DNA from: a virus
Taxonomy: Duplodnaviria > Caudoviricetes
Length of the DNA: 55,869 bases
IMG/VR virus record: IMGVR_UViG_3300012347_000446
Span: 1-55,869 of that record
Direction: 5' to 3' (one strand)
How positions within the stretch are numbered: the first letter of the stretch is position 1; every line of letters starts with the position of its first letter. The notes beneath the pieces were generated by a model. It was not told the origin of the DNA, did not search any database, and saw nothing but the letters and a program-made list of their open reading frames with translations. Below are positions 16,801 to 27,486 of this stretch, one piece after another. Made by a program: the position numbers and the translations under genes.

Positions 16801-19800
16801 ACTGAAGCCACTATAAAAATAAAAGCAGACTCGGAAAAAGCAGTAGTTAATGCACAAATTCAGCAAATATTATCGCAAAGAGACTTAACTATTGCTACAC
16901 GTGAGTTGTCTCTACAACTTCAGAAAAAATCACTAGAAGATTATTTACAAAGTAACCCAGAAGGCAGGCAGGGGGTTTACGATAAGTTAGCAGTACTAGA
17001 ACCGCAGATTCAGGCTGTAGAAGCCGCGAAAACAGGTGATTTTAGCAAACTAAAGTTATCCACTGAAGTAAAAGACTTAAAGAGTCTAAATGTTGAAGCC
17101 AATAATTTTGCACAAAATATGCGTGCTAGTGCAGCAGCTGTAAGTAATTTGCAAGCACAAATAAAAGCAATAGATATTGGTGCATTAGATGCAATTACTA
17201 GAAAAAAGTTTGAGCCAGAGAAGAAAAATCTTGAGAATAGCGAAAAATCTGTAGCACTAGCAAAACAAGAGCTAGACGTTCAAAACAAATTAGTTACTCA
17301 AGGCAATTTAGCTTTCTTAAATGCAAAACAGGTATTAGATACTAAGCAGTTAGGTATACAACAAAGTATTGCACTACTAAGTAACGAAGTAGAAACCGCC
17401 AGACAGGATCAAATAATTGCAAAATCAAAAGACGAATCGATTGTATCCGCAGCTGTAAATAAAAAAGCTCAATTAGCAGAAGAACGTAAAACCTTAGTAA
17501 TACAACAACAGCAACAAAAAACCACTCTTGCTAGTAGTCAAATACAAGAAAGACTAGGGGCGATTGCTTTTAATGCAGAAGAAGCACGTAAACGTGAAGC
17601 AGAAAATGCTGAACTAGCACTAGCTAAAAAATCAGAAGAACTTAAACTAGAACAAGACTTATTTGGTTTATACAATTCTACTAACTTGTTAACAGAAACG
17701 CAAAAAATAAATCAAAAGTTCTTGCTTGAACAAAAAAGTGCCGAACTAGATTATGAACAAAAAATTGCTAAACTAAAGAGTTCTGCCGGTCAACAAATGG
17801 GTGGCCTGGATGCGCGAGAAGAAGCTATATGGACACAGATCGGTGCTGGTACTGGTAATCAAGCAGCACTGATTGCCGAACTTGATAAGATTGCTGAAGC
17901 AAAAGCACTTATTACTGCTCGTACTAATGAAGAAGCAGCTTCTGTTGCCAAAGTTCGTGATAATACACTAAGTATTGCCAATGCTATAAAAACCGCAGGA
18001 TTAGAACAAGAACGCTACAATCAACTATTAAATTCTGGTACTGAATTTGCTGATGCATTAAAAGCTGGTTTCGAAGGTGCAGCAGAAAGTTCACAAAAAA
18101 TAGCTGCTGCACTTGGTACTGTTGCTACTACAATGGCACAGGTAGCAGTTAATGCTGAACAACGGGCAAAATCCGAAAAGTTAGCTCAAGAAAATGTTGA
18201 TAAAGCTTTTGAATCTGAAAATTATGAAACAATAATTAAAGCTCAAAAGGAACAAGCGGAACTCAAGAAAAAGAATGTCAAACAAGAATTGGCTGACGAC
18301 ATAAAAACCCTAAATTCTTCTAAAAAGCTTTTCAAAGAAAAAACAGCCGCATACAAAATACTAAACGGTATGGAAAAAATAATGCACGTACAACGAATTG
18401 CATTAGAATTAAAAGAGTTTGCGGTTAAAATGGGTTTAATTACTCAAGAGCAAGTTGCAAAAGCAGGCGCATGGGCAAAAGAGCTTGCTATGAAAGCTAA
18501 TAATGCATTGATTAGTATTGGTATTGACATTCCTGCAATATACGCTAAATTCATGGCAACAATGGGCCCTTGGGGTGCAGCCGCAGCGGGTGCAGCAATT
18601 GCTGCCTATGTTGGTGGGGCTTTTGGTGGTGGTAGTAGTGCACCATTTGTACCTAACGCAGAGCAACGTCAAGAAACTCAAGGTACTGCCATGAGCTATG
18701 ATAGTGCTGGTAACAAAGTACAAACCAGTCGTGGAGTATTTGGCGATACTGAAGCAAAATCAGAATCTATTGCTAATTCACTGGAAATCATCAAAGATAA
18801 CAGTGTAAAAGGCCTAGACTATGACGACAAAATGTTACGTAGTTTACAAAACCTAACTGATGCACTAGATGCTACTGCAAAAGGTTTGTATGGTATAAAA
18901 GGTTTACGTGCAGGCAGCTTAAGTGGTGTTGTTGAAGGCACTAACTCTAGTGGAGGTTTGCTTGGTATTGGTGGATTGTTTAGTAAAAGCGTTACCAAGA
19001 GTATCATAGATTCAGGTCTTCAATTAAAAGGAACTTTCTTAGAACTGGTACAAGGTTTAGAAGGTACTATCAATACTTTTGAAACAGTTAGCACTACAAT
19101 AAAACGTAGCGGTTTATTGGGTATTGGTGGCGGTACAAGCACTAGCGTAAGCACTAACTTTAAAGATCTTGGTATTCAAGACCCTAAAGCGTTCAAATCA
19201 CTAGTCGCTGCATTTGGATACGCCAGCGATTTGTTATACGAAGTAGCAGATACTGCTGGCAAAGATGCTGCTGTAGTAACTACTGCAATGTCACAAATAC
19301 GCGTTGATCAAATGGCTAGTTTACGTGGTTTAACTGGTGAACAATTTACCAGCGAACTTAGTGCTGTTATTGGTAGCGTGCTAGACGAAACAAGCTTGGT
19401 GTTGTTTGCAGAGTTTGAAAAGTTTGCAAACTTTGGTGAAGGAATGTTGGAAACAGTTATTCGCGTAATTGATACCAATAAAAAGGTACTACAACAGTTA
19501 AATAATTTAAGTGTTTTAAGTGCCCTTGGTTTAAGCACAGGAAACTCTTCTATGCAAATAACCGAAAACTTAACCAAACTTGCAGGAGGTTTAGACAAGT
19601 TTTTAGATCAGTCTAATTACTTTGCTGAAAATTTCTTAACTGAATCTGAACGTACACTGCCAACTCAAAAGGCTGTAATTAAACAACTGGCTAATTTGGG
19701 GTATGCAAGTGTAGATACTAAAGCAGAGTTCAAGGCACTAGTACAAAGCCTAGATTTAACGACTAATGCAGGTCAGCAAACTTACCAAAGTTTAATGGAT

Positions 19801-20607
19801 TTAGCTCCTGGATTTATTGAAGTAATTGATGTAATAGACTCACAAGCACAAGCATTAAAAGATGCTGCCACAGGTTTCCGTGACTTTATTGTGCAAGTTC
19901 GTGAGTTTAAAAGCTCGCTACTATTGAGCGGCAGCTCTACACTAACACCAAGTCAAAAATACACTGAAGCTAAAACACAATTTGACGCTATATACTCGCA
20001 AGCATTAGCTGGTGACAAGACAGCAATGTCTAAAGTTACTTCTTCTGCTCAAACATTCTTAGATGCTTCTAAAACTTATTTTGCATCTAGTACTGCTTAT
20101 ACCAATGATTTCAATTCTGTATTAAGCAAACTTGATAATGCAATCGTAAGCGCAGGAGCTTCTGCAAGCGTAGCAGAATTACAACTTAATGCTCTTAGTA
20201 TTCACACAGAGTTATTGACTAGTATTAATACTAATATTGCTACAATTGCTGGCGTGCCTCAGGCAGCTAGTGGAGGTCGCGTAAAAGGATTAACACTGGT
20301 TGGTGAACTAGGCCCAGAACTAGTTGACTTTACAAACCCTGGTCAAGTTTACACAGCAGATCAAACTGCTGGCATGTTTGCTCCAAAAGCAGGCGTGTCA
20401 AACAACATGAACCAAGTAGTACAAGAATTGCGTCAAGTTCGTCAGGAAATAGCGCAGTTACGTAAAGATCAACAGCAACAAACTGGTGATTTAATTGTAA
20501 GTAACTACGATGCTAATAACCGAGCAGCGGAAGCAATAACAACTGAAGTGGCAAATACTGCCACGCAAAAAGAGTGGCAGCAGCGCAATAAAGTTGCTGT
20601 TGTATAA
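13882..20607 (+). CDS. Tape measure protein, 2241 aa
   Basis: Follows the chaperone frameshift pair; Ala/Lys/Gln-rich helical; T5 pb2-like N-terminus (YATYAANIFA, EPELLDELG); TM-like segments; C-terminal VGELGPE. Confidence 0.92.
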   Translation: MATQNQVNIGINVSDNGTAKKTVKNFEEITKAANTAQRAAGSINTPAVKSTLAPGGTTGSRMVAATMAPSERLMSGEDYGRARGSAGATGASARDFANQAQGLGGLVRLYATYAANIFAVSAAFTALSNAMDTANMVRGLDQLGAASGVALGSLSKELVKATDGAISLRDAMTATAKASSSGMDSEQILRMGKVAQQASQTLGVDMADAISRISRGITKLEPELLDELGLFTKTGKAAEDYAKNVGKSVTELTDFERRAAFANAVLAEGEAKFSQIKLDVNPYTKLLASIKDLAQVSLEFINKGLAPIVSYLSNSPTALGVAIAALGTVLVKQALPALGEFKAGLASTADRANQLSLQKAQDASKARLAIDADILNKVEALADDKVAAVDAAERKIQVIEASGLNKRSAAYKLLQKDITEVTQADIDAVEKRAKIAEKAGDIKSASAYREVTSAVLEQKKAEEDLVITKQNLSKQLEKDASGMTTYGMTVRAAEKAQTAATNASIVSNTAYNGSLIGVRASMTLMRAEMQAAGIATNTFAGKLLLARGALAAVGGAVSTAMSAFGPLMLIITAASLAFSLFDGALSKNSKQSSELSGSLDKLDANALHLTKTIDAINQKPFLERMSPESLKVKATALGEVSTAISSTINDLLKADKAASGWDKFVDGIKTLWGGDMLSKTSKSLATGITSGLANIAGSPEAKALNKDLSNILKIDTETATFQQVQDSIKKIGQESPKDLKLVEEGFKRITLASQVSAAKGTELVDAFKKLSDIKQTIGNKFLPTDDLTKFGQELALTSQKLAVALEDPQQKLNAIIQLGANAVSIPGATFEQVSALNEAASLAKNIQVIEAKQLENKQQLIDKQEELSKLVGKERAASIAAGKQTQVSGLNQEGLRQVDKLKADLKELKASGDVNIKVKTELTSKLEGYTKEIETATLGTYKAGADIVAKQISAEFIKAGKVVSDAYVNIIGETEATIKIKADSEKAVVNAQIQQILSQRDLTIATRELSLQLQKKSLEDYLQSNPEGRQGVYDKLAVLEPQIQAVEAAKTGDFSKLKLSTEVKDLKSLNVEANNFAQNMRASAAAVSNLQAQIKAIDIGALDAITRKKFEPEKKNLENSEKSVALAKQELDVQNKLVTQGNLAFLNAKQVLDTKQLGIQQSIALLSNEVETARQDQIIAKSKDESIVSAAVNKKAQLAEERKTLVIQQQQQKTTLASSQIQERLGAIAFNAEEARKREAENAELALAKKSEELKLEQDLFGLYNSTNLLTETQKINQKFLLEQKSAELDYEQKIAKLKSSAGQQMGGLDAREEAIWTQIGAGTGNQAALIAELDKIAEAKALITARTNEEAASVAKVRDNTLSIANAIKTAGLEQERYNQLLNSGTEFADALKAGFEGAAESSQKIAAALGTVATTMAQVAVNAEQRAKSEKLAQENVDKAFESENYETIIKAQKEQAELKKKNVKQELADDIKTLNSSKKLFKEKTAAYKILNGMEKIMHVQRIALELKEFAVKMGLITQEQVAKAGAWAKELAMKANNALISIGIDIPAIYAKFMATMGPWGAAAAGAAIAAYVGGAFGGGSSAPFVPNAEQRQETQGTAMSYDSAGNKVQTSRGVFGDTEAKSESIANSLEIIKDNSVKGLDYDDKMLRSLQNLTDALDATAKGLYGIKGLRAGSLSGVVEGTNSSGGLLGIGGLFSKSVTKSIIDSGLQLKGTFLELVQGLEGTINTFETVSTTIKRSGLLGIGGGTSTSVSTNFKDLGIQDPKAFKSLVAAFGYASDLLYEVADTAGKDAAVVTTAMSQIRVDQMASLRGLTGEQFTSELSAVIGSVLDETSLVLFAEFEKFANFGEGMLETVIRVIDTNKKVLQQLNNLSVLSALGLSTGNSSMQITENLTKLAGGLDKFLDQSNYFAENFLTESERTLPTQKAVIKQLANLGYASVDTKAEFKALVQSLDLTTNAGQQTYQSLMDLAPGFIEVIDVIDSQAQALKDAATGFRDFIVQVREFKSSLLLSGSSTLTPSQKYTEAKTQFDAIYSQALAGDKTAMSKVTSSAQTFLDASKTYFASSTAYTNDFNSVLSKLDNAIVSAGASASVAELQLNALSIHTELLTSINTNIATIAGVPQAASGGRVKGLTLVGELGPELVDFTNPGQVYTADQTAGMFAPKAGVSNNMNQVVQELRQVRQEIAQLRKDQQQQTGDLIVSNYDANNRAAEAITTEVANTATQKEWQQRNKVAVV

Positions 20608-20608
20608 A

Positions 20609-20636
20609 AAACAAAGCCTGGAAACAGGCTTTGTTT
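20609..20636 (+). terminator. Terminator-like hairpin after the TMP
   Basis: 12-bp stem with GAAA tetraloop. Confidence 0.7.
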
Positions 20637-20658
20637 ACTATAATAACAACGGAGGCTT

Positions 20659-22188
20659 ATGCTAAACTACCAAACATGGCTGGAAAGCACAAAAGAAATA
20701 AGAGTGCTGCTAGTACAAGTTTCAGTGTTAATAAATGGCACGGAGCAAACAAAGTACCTTAGCACACATGCAGTAACTGTGGGCGGCATAGAGTACGCCC
20801 CACTAATAAAAAATAGCGTAAATATTGATGAATCACTAAGCCTAGACTACTCTGCTAGTATTAGTTTTGGTGATGTAGAATTAGCCAATAACACTGGTGC
20901 ACTCGATGCCTGGTTGACCTACATATGGAAAAATCGCAGTATAAAAATATACTATGGGGGTTTACCGCTTCCAGGCTCTGCCCCCACACTTGCCAATGAT
21001 TTTGAATTAGTGTTTGACGGTGTTTGTGTAGACATTGACGCTAAATCAAGGCAAACCGTTAACATAAAAATACGTGACAAACTTGAAAAATTAAACACTC
21101 CTGTAACTGAAGAATTAATTGGCAATTATTACAAAGGCCAACTGGTATCTGAAACAGTAACTGTAAATCAAAACCGTAATGTATTAAAACCACTAGTATA
21201 CGGTGAAGTGCACAACATTTCACCCATACTAACAGACCCAACAGAACTAGAGTTTATGGTCTCAGCTGGGCCGGTTGAACAAATAATTGAAGTCTTAGAT
21301 AACGGTGTTCCTGTTAGTTTTAACACAGTAGCACAAAGCGGCGAGCCAGTATTACCGGCTGGAAGCTTTAGATTAATTGCTCCACTACAAGGAACCTGTA
21401 CAGCTTCTGTTCAAGGCACTGCTAAACTTGTAAACGTTGCAGGCAGTACGTACACAGATGTTTATTCTTCAACAGTTTCAAATACTATTTTAACCTTGCT
21501 TAAGTTTACTGGCAAGGGATTAGACTACGCAGATATTGATGCCGCAAGCTTTGCTGCTCTAGGCTCAGAAGCTTGCGGTATTTATTTAAATTCCAGAACC
21601 AACGTACTTGCAACGTGCCAAGAACTAGCAAAAAGCGCTGGTTTAACACTTGCAGTTACACGAACCGGAAAAGTCAAACTAGTAAAATTAGCCATTCCAA
21701 CAACCAGCACAGTTACCATTTCTGAAAGCGATACTATATTAAACTCATTTCGTATAGTAAACAAACCAGAGGTAATTGGAGCTGTAAAGTTAGGTTACGC
21801 AAAAAACTATACTGTACTAACTGGCTTAGTAACAGGAATTCCAGAAGAACACAAAGATTTATTTGCAAAAGAATATTTAGAAGTATTGGCGCAAGATTCC
21901 ACCACAATAACAAATTACAGCTTAGATTCAGAACCTGTGTTAGAAAGCACAAGTTTAATAAATCGCCAACAAGCTCAAGCAGTAGCCGAAGCAAAACTTG
22001 AACTATTTAAAACACCTCGTGTAGTATATGCCATGACCTGCACCAGCAAATATCTTAATTTAGATATTGGAACTCCAGTTACACTTGTATCTAGCAGATA
22101 TGATTTAGTTAGCGGTAAAAAAGGGCTAGTTATTTCCACTAAACCTAATTGGTTGGCTGGAAAAATAGAGGTAGAGGTACTTGTATAA
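20659..22188 (+). CDS. Putative baseplate hub / tail tip protein
   Basis: Directly after the TMP; KPLVYGEVHNISP motif; hub-like C-terminus. Confidence 0.6.
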   Translation: MLNYQTWLESTKEIRVLLVQVSVLINGTEQTKYLSTHAVTVGGIEYAPLIKNSVNIDESLSLDYSASISFGDVELANNTGALDAWLTYIWKNRSIKIYYGGLPLPGSAPTLANDFELVFDGVCVDIDAKSRQTVNIKIRDKLEKLNTPVTEELIGNYYKGQLVSETVTVNQNRNVLKPLVYGEVHNISPILTDPTELEFMVSAGPVEQIIEVLDNGVPVSFNTVAQSGEPVLPAGSFRLIAPLQGTCTASVQGTAKLVNVAGSTYTDVYSSTVSNTILTLLKFTGKGLDYADIDAASFAALGSEACGIYLNSRTNVLATCQELAKSAGLTLAVTRTGKVKLVKLAIPTTSTVTISESDTILNSFRIVNKPEVIGAVKLGYAKNYTVLTGLVTGIPEEHKDLFAKEYLEVLAQDSTTITNYSLDSEPVLESTSLINRQQAQAVAEAKLELFKTPRVVYAMTCTSKYLNLDIGTPVTLVSSRYDLVSGKKGLVISTKPNWLAGKIEVEVLV

Positions 22189-23486
22189 TGGCCACATTAT
22201 TAAATAGTCGAAATCAATTATTGAATCTTGCTTCAACCAGAATAGTTGGGGCAGGAGTTTACATAACTAGTGGTGTAGCTAATGCACTTACACTACCAAC
22301 AAATGCAACTGCAACATTACCGACTAACTTAACATTAACAGCAATTCCTAGCAGATACGTTGTTCCACAGTATACTTGGTATAGACGTTTTAATGATACC
22401 GGTAACTACGTAGTTATCCCGAACAGCAACAATCCTGTATTTAACATTGTAGGGGATGCTGCTTTTATTGCCGATCTTGGTTCAAGTACTATTGTACAAT
22501 ATAAAGTAGAGGTAATAGAAACCACCACTACTGCAACAAATCCATCAGAAGCTGTAATTACAATTCCTATTGTTCGTGAAGGAACTAATGCAGTACTGGG
22601 CGTATTAACTAATAGTTCTCAGGAAGTTTCTGTAGGAGAAACTGGAGAAGTACCTGCCGGTACGGTTATTGAATCAACTCTACTTATCTACAACGGAGCA
22701 ATTGACGACAGCGCTAACTGGTCGGCAACTATTGTAGCTAGTGCAGGTGTGCTAGCCGAACTAGTAAATGGTAAAACTATTAAAGTTAACTTACCACTAT
22801 CTGCTGTAAATGGCTATGTAGATATTACAGCTACTCGCCAGGGCTATGCAGATATAGTAAAACGCTTTAGTATAAGCAAAACAATAGCAGCTTCGGCTAT
22901 TTCAATAGTACTGTCCAAAGATACTCACGTATTTAATGCTAACTCAGACGGTGTTGTTTCTACTTATAGTGGAGCAAGCACAAATATTTTTGTGTACAGC
23001 GGTCCCAACGACAGTAGTAATTTATGGACAATTAGCGTTAGTGCAGCTACTAATGGCGTACTATACACACTAAACAATAATGCACTAGTTATAACCAGTG
23101 TACCAGATACTCTGGACGTTGGTAATATAACTATAACAGCAAGTCGTGCCGGGTTTCCAAACTTAACAAAAACTTTTGATTTTGCTAAAGCCAAAGATGC
23201 TGTTACCTATAACGTAATTATTGAGAGCAGTAATGGCGACACTTTTAGGCCTGGAAATGCTTTTGCAACAACCCTTGTAGCCAGAGTATTTAAAAACGAT
23301 CAGGAAGTAACCAGTGAAATACCGGCTAGTAGATTTCGCTGGACACGAGTTTCTTACTATCCCCAACCACCCCCAGCCGACGATTCTACCTGGAATCAAA
23401 CATACAGCTCAGGATACAAATCCATAGTACTGTCTATTTCAGACGTATGGCAACGAGCTACTTTTCATTGTGATATTTTAGAATAA
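22188..23486 (+). CDS. Tail-associated protein with Ig-like repeats
   Basis: Beta-rich repeats (ITATRQGY / ITASRAGF); TAATG coupling to the previous gene. Confidence 0.6.
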   Translation: MATLLNSRNQLLNLASTRIVGAGVYITSGVANALTLPTNATATLPTNLTLTAIPSRYVVPQYTWYRRFNDTGNYVVIPNSNNPVFNIVGDAAFIADLGSSTIVQYKVEVIETTTTATNPSEAVITIPIVREGTNAVLGVLTNSSQEVSVGETGEVPAGTVIESTLLIYNGAIDDSANWSATIVASAGVLAELVNGKTIKVNLPLSAVNGYVDITATRQGYADIVKRFSISKTIAASAISIVLSKDTHVFNANSDGVVSTYSGASTNIFVYSGPNDSSNLWTISVSAATNGVLYTLNNNALVITSVPDTLDVGNITITASRAGFPNLTKTFDFAKAKDAVTYNVIIESSNGDTFRPGNAFATTLVARVFKNDQEVTSEIPASRFRWTRVSYYPQPPPADDSTWNQTYSSGYKSIVLSISDVWQRATFHCDILE

Positions 23487-23496
23487 TAGGAATTTT

Positions 23497-24900
23497 ATGC
23501 CAATTATCTCCACCGGTCAATTTACGATTGTTGACCAAAACGATGCCAAGCCTATTATGGCTTTTATCAGTGCAAACGGTTCATTGCAACAAGCATACAG
23601 CAAAGACAATGCTAGCGAACTGTTTACACCAAATTGGGTTAGTACTCCACTTACACTAACTGCCGCAGTTTATGTTGGTGGTGTTAACGTAGTAGCAGGT
23701 ACAACTGTTACAAACCGCAAATGGAGTCTTACATTTGACGGTACGTCTATTGGTTCAACCAGCACTTTTACCAGAAACACAAACTTTGCTGCTACAGATG
23801 TAAGTCAAACATACTTCTTTACTTGCACATACACGGACCCTGTAACAAACATTCCATCACGAGTAGATACACAGATTACTCTTAGTATTGTTAAAACAGG
23901 AACTAATGCTGTTTATGTACTAACTTCCGGTGTTGACGTAATTGTACAATCTGATACAGCTACAAAAAACGTAGCCGCTGTTAAAGCTGAACTGGTACGT
24001 AGTTCAGGAGCAGATACTAGTGGACTACAGTACAAGTGGTACTCAGTTAGCAGTGCGGGTGTAGCTACTCATTTACATGCTAGTGTTGCCGGAGTTGCAA
24101 ACTACGGACTAAAAACCACAGCAATAGGTGTAGCACCTACAGGTACATCTGCAAACTTGGGTGCCTCAACCTTTACTGCTGCAGGTGCAACTGCAAATGA
24201 TGTGTATACCACAGTAGGTTCACCAGGATTTAACACACTAATAATTGGCGAAGGTGCCGTTAATGGTTTCCAGTTATTTAAAGTTGAAGTGTATGACAGT
24301 GCAGATAATGCTGCCGCAGTTTATACTTCGTTCTTTACCATTAATGATATCAGTGACCCTTACGCTGTTACAATCTTGTCTAGCAATGGAGATCGTTTAT
24401 TAAACGGACTAGGTAGCACTACACTAACTGCCAAAGTTTATAACGGATCCTCAGAAATATCTAGCTATACAGGTTGGACTTTTGATTGGTACTTTAGAAA
24501 CAGTGTAGGAACACGAGTTGGTTTCGTAGCCAGTGCAACCCCTCCAACACCAGATATTACTGCTGTAATTAGCGCATCCACAAACTCAACTACCAGTGTA
24601 CTGTTAAATGCCGCAGCTACTTTTGCCGCAGGCGATCTAGTAAAAATGGTAAGCGCAGACGGAGCTATTGTTAAATTTGCACAAGTAGCCGCAAGTACTG
24701 GTACTACAGTTACTTTCCAGGCAGCAACTGGCGACAATGCACTTGTTAATCCTGTAACTACAATTGGAGCTACTGAATTTGCTAGTGGCACGTTATATAA
24801 AGCAATCTCTAAGAGAACTACTACTACTAACACTCTTACTGTAACACAGTTTGACGTAGACGGTAAAGCTACTATTCAAGTAGACGCCAACAGACCCTAA
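23497..24900 (+). CDS. Tail-associated beta-rich protein
   Basis: Thr/Ser/Gly-rich; N-terminal MPIISTGQFTIVDQND. Confidence 0.6.
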   Translation: MPIISTGQFTIVDQNDAKPIMAFISANGSLQQAYSKDNASELFTPNWVSTPLTLTAAVYVGGVNVVAGTTVTNRKWSLTFDGTSIGSTSTFTRNTNFAATDVSQTYFFTCTYTDPVTNIPSRVDTQITLSIVKTGTNAVYVLTSGVDVIVQSDTATKNVAAVKAELVRSSGADTSGLQYKWYSVSSAGVATHLHASVAGVANYGLKTTAIGVAPTGTSANLGASTFTAAGATANDVYTTVGSPGFNTLIIGEGAVNGFQLFKVEVYDSADNAAAVYTSFFTINDISDPYAVTILSSNGDRLLNGLGSTTLTAKVYNGSSEISSYTGWTFDWYFRNSVGTRVGFVASATPPTPDITAVISASTNSTTSVLLNAAATFAAGDLVKMVSADGAIVKFAQVAASTGTTVTFQAATGDNALVNPVTTIGATEFASGTLYKAISKRTTTTNTLTVTQFDVDGKATIQVDANRP

Positions 24901-24910
24901 GTTGTAACAA

Positions 24911-24936
24911 TCTAAAGCACCTACGGGTGCTTTAGA
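24911..24936 (+). terminator. Hairpin with cUACGg tetraloop
   Basis: 11-bp stem TCTAAAGCACC/GGTGCTTTAGA; weak U tract. Confidence 0.55.
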
Positions 24937-24951
24937 AAAAGGAAGGTAAAC

Positions 24952-27486
24952 ATGCCTATAATTTCCTCAGGACAAATAACTATTACTGACCTAAATGATG
25001 GGTATACTCTATCTATTACTGGCGGTAACAGAACATTTTCCTATGCCTCATCAGGCACTACCCCTGCACCAGCTACTTCAGGTACTTTTGGGTTTACACT
25101 ATTTCGTGGCGGTACAAGCATTACGCCCAGCGCGTATTCTTGGACAGCCAGTGGTGTACTATCCGGCACTAGCACAACATCAACATTTCAGCCAACACTA
25201 AGCAATACTTATAGTGTGGCTACTCCAACAACCGTAACTCTTACAGTTACGCACGAAGGCAATAGTTTAACAACCACTGTGTCTGTGTTAGTATCACAGG
25301 CCCCCAGTAATGCCATTATTGACACAATTTTTGTTAGCGCACCTGCAATTTACAAAGATGTTGCAGATGCTGCTACAACCGGCACGTATACAACAACTAC
25401 CATTCAAGGTAAACGATACAATGGTGACACAACCAGTAACTTTGGCTGGATAACTGTTACACCAAACACAACCGGCACAGAAAGTGCTCGCACAGACACC
25501 AGCACAACAGCGCTAACATTAACGCCCACAACAACCAGTGGCGTGTCCTCTTATATTATCAAACTTTATGCAGCTGCTAGTGGCGGTACTGCTGTAACTT
25601 CTCAAACACTTAATGTAGTGTTTAAAGGAGCGGCCGGTAGTCCTGGTAGCCCAGGCACTAATGGAACTAGCCCTACATTATACGAGCTAGGACTAAGCGC
25701 CGCAGTAATAGCGCGCAGTTCTAGTAACGTGCTTGCACCAACCAGCCTGGTAGTCAGTGGATTTTCTACTACTGCTGGCACTAAATCTGCTTATTCCGGC
25801 AGATTTAAAATCTATGAAGATGCAGTACTAAAGTACACAAGTAGTGCTGATCAAACCACATATACGTACACCCCGACAGTTGGTACTATTGGGTTACTAA
25901 AGACAGAACTATACGCTGCTGGTGGCACAACAACATTACTGGATACACAAGAAGTACCGGTAGTTGTATCTGGAAGCAGCGCCATGACTTTTAGCCTAAC
26001 CAATAGTGCTTACCCTATACCTGCGGATAATGCTGGCGCAGTTGCTACTTATGTGGGCAGTGGCACAAATATTCAAGTGCTAGAAGGCAGTGATCTTTAT
26101 ACCTATGTAACAACTCTGGGTACTACCGCAAAAACTTTTAGTATTGGTACGCCAACACTATCAGTGGCAAACGCAATAACTGTGGGTGCTCGTAGTGGTG
26201 CAACCACTACCACTGCTGTAGTTGCACAGCACAGTGCTATGAGCAACAGTGTAGAAGCCGTAGTTATAAGTTATCCACTTACTTATATTCGCGCCAATGG
26301 AGCTACAGGAACTCAAACTGTAACGCAAACTGTAACCAAAGTAAAATCTGGTACCCTAGGTATTCGTGGTAGTCGTCAACTGTACAGCACAGATGCTGCC
26401 TATGTGTCCACTTATGACTTTGATGGAGCCGGAGCTATAACAGCAGGTGCTGATAGCTATGCTGCCAGAGCTACACAATTAATTGCTGCCGCTACAGCAG
26501 GCAGTAATCCTACTACACCAATTAATGGTGACACAGTTACTTTTACTAATGGCACTAATTATGTGTATACTATTACACATAACGGAACGGCTTGGATACC
26601 TCCTGGTACTATTCTTGATGGTAGTTTGCTGGTAACTGGTAGTGTTACTGCTGGAAAAATAAATTCAAATGGCCTAGAAGTACGAGATGGTTCAGGTAAG
26701 CTATTACTTGGCAGTGGTGGATTAACCATGCAGGGTCTTAGTGGTAACTTTCTACGAAATTCTGGTTTTGAAGATGGTATTGCAGGCCACTCTGTGGGGT
26801 ATTACAATACTGTAATTGCTCCGGGTATTGGGTGGAATTTAAATGCACAATATAATCTAAAAGGTCAAGGCTTGGGTTATATAACAGTACCTGGTGCTCC
26901 AACTATTAATACAGTTTTTGACTATAGAATTGAACAGCTAGCTGTAACTCCAAATACAAGGTATGAAGCTAGCGCATTATTAAACTGCCACAGATGCGAA
27001 GGTGCCATACATTTAGTATGGTTAGATATTAATTATGCTTATATAACTGAAGTTGCTGGTAATGCGGTATCCTTTAGCAGTGAAGTGTATACTTTATCCG
27101 ACTTACGCTTAAGTGGGGTATTTGCCACATCGCCCGTCAACGCTGCTTATTGTCAAATTCAAGTTCGTTCTTATGTAAAGTCAACTGATCCATACTCGTT
27201 TATAAAAAATGTGTATTTTGGACTAGCTAGTGCTGCACAAACAGACCCTACACCGTATTCACCAGGCCGTGGATTGGGTCAAATTACAGCAGCAAACGCA
27301 AGTACTTATATTGCCAATGCTGCAATTGGCAGTGCACAAATAGGGTCGCTTGCATTAACTGGCACAAATAATTTTAGCGTAAAATCAGCTACTGCTGGAG
27401 CCAGAATGGAAATGGACTCACGGGCTATCAAAGTTTACGATGCTAGCGGAGTACTTCGAGTACAAATAGGAGATTTAACAGCATGA
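24952..27486 (+). CDS. Central tail fibre / host specificity protein with CBM-like domain
   Basis: NFLRNSGFEDG carbohydrate-binding-module-like start; J-like C-terminus (IKVYDASGVLRVQIGDL). Confidence 0.65.
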   Translation: MPIISSGQITITDLNDGYTLSITGGNRTFSYASSGTTPAPATSGTFGFTLFRGGTSITPSAYSWTASGVLSGTSTTSTFQPTLSNTYSVATPTTVTLTVTHEGNSLTTTVSVLVSQAPSNAIIDTIFVSAPAIYKDVADAATTGTYTTTTIQGKRYNGDTTSNFGWITVTPNTTGTESARTDTSTTALTLTPTTTSGVSSYIIKLYAAASGGTAVTSQTLNVVFKGAAGSPGSPGTNGTSPTLYELGLSAAVIARSSSNVLAPTSLVVSGFSTTAGTKSAYSGRFKIYEDAVLKYTSSADQTTYTYTPTVGTIGLLKTELYAAGGTTTLLDTQEVPVVVSGSSAMTFSLTNSAYPIPADNAGAVATYVGSGTNIQVLEGSDLYTYVTTLGTTAKTFSIGTPTLSVANAITVGARSGATTTTAVVAQHSAMSNSVEAVVISYPLTYIRANGATGTQTVTQTVTKVKSGTLGIRGSRQLYSTDAAYVSTYDFDGAGAITAGADSYAARATQLIAAATAGSNPTTPINGDTVTFTNGTNYVYTITHNGTAWIPPGTILDGSLLVTGSVTAGKINSNGLEVRDGSGKLLLGSGGLTMQGLSGNFLRNSGFEDGIAGHSVGYYNTVIAPGIGWNLNAQYNLKGQGLGYITVPGAPTINTVFDYRIEQLAVTPNTRYEASALLNCHRCEGAIHLVWLDINYAYITEVAGNAVSFSSEVYTLSDLRLSGVFATSPVNAAYCQIQVRSYVKSTDPYSFIKNVYFGLASAAQTDPTPYSPGRGLGQITAANASTYIANAAIGSAQIGSLALTGTNNFSVKSATAGARMEMDSRAIKVYDASGVLRVQIGDLTA

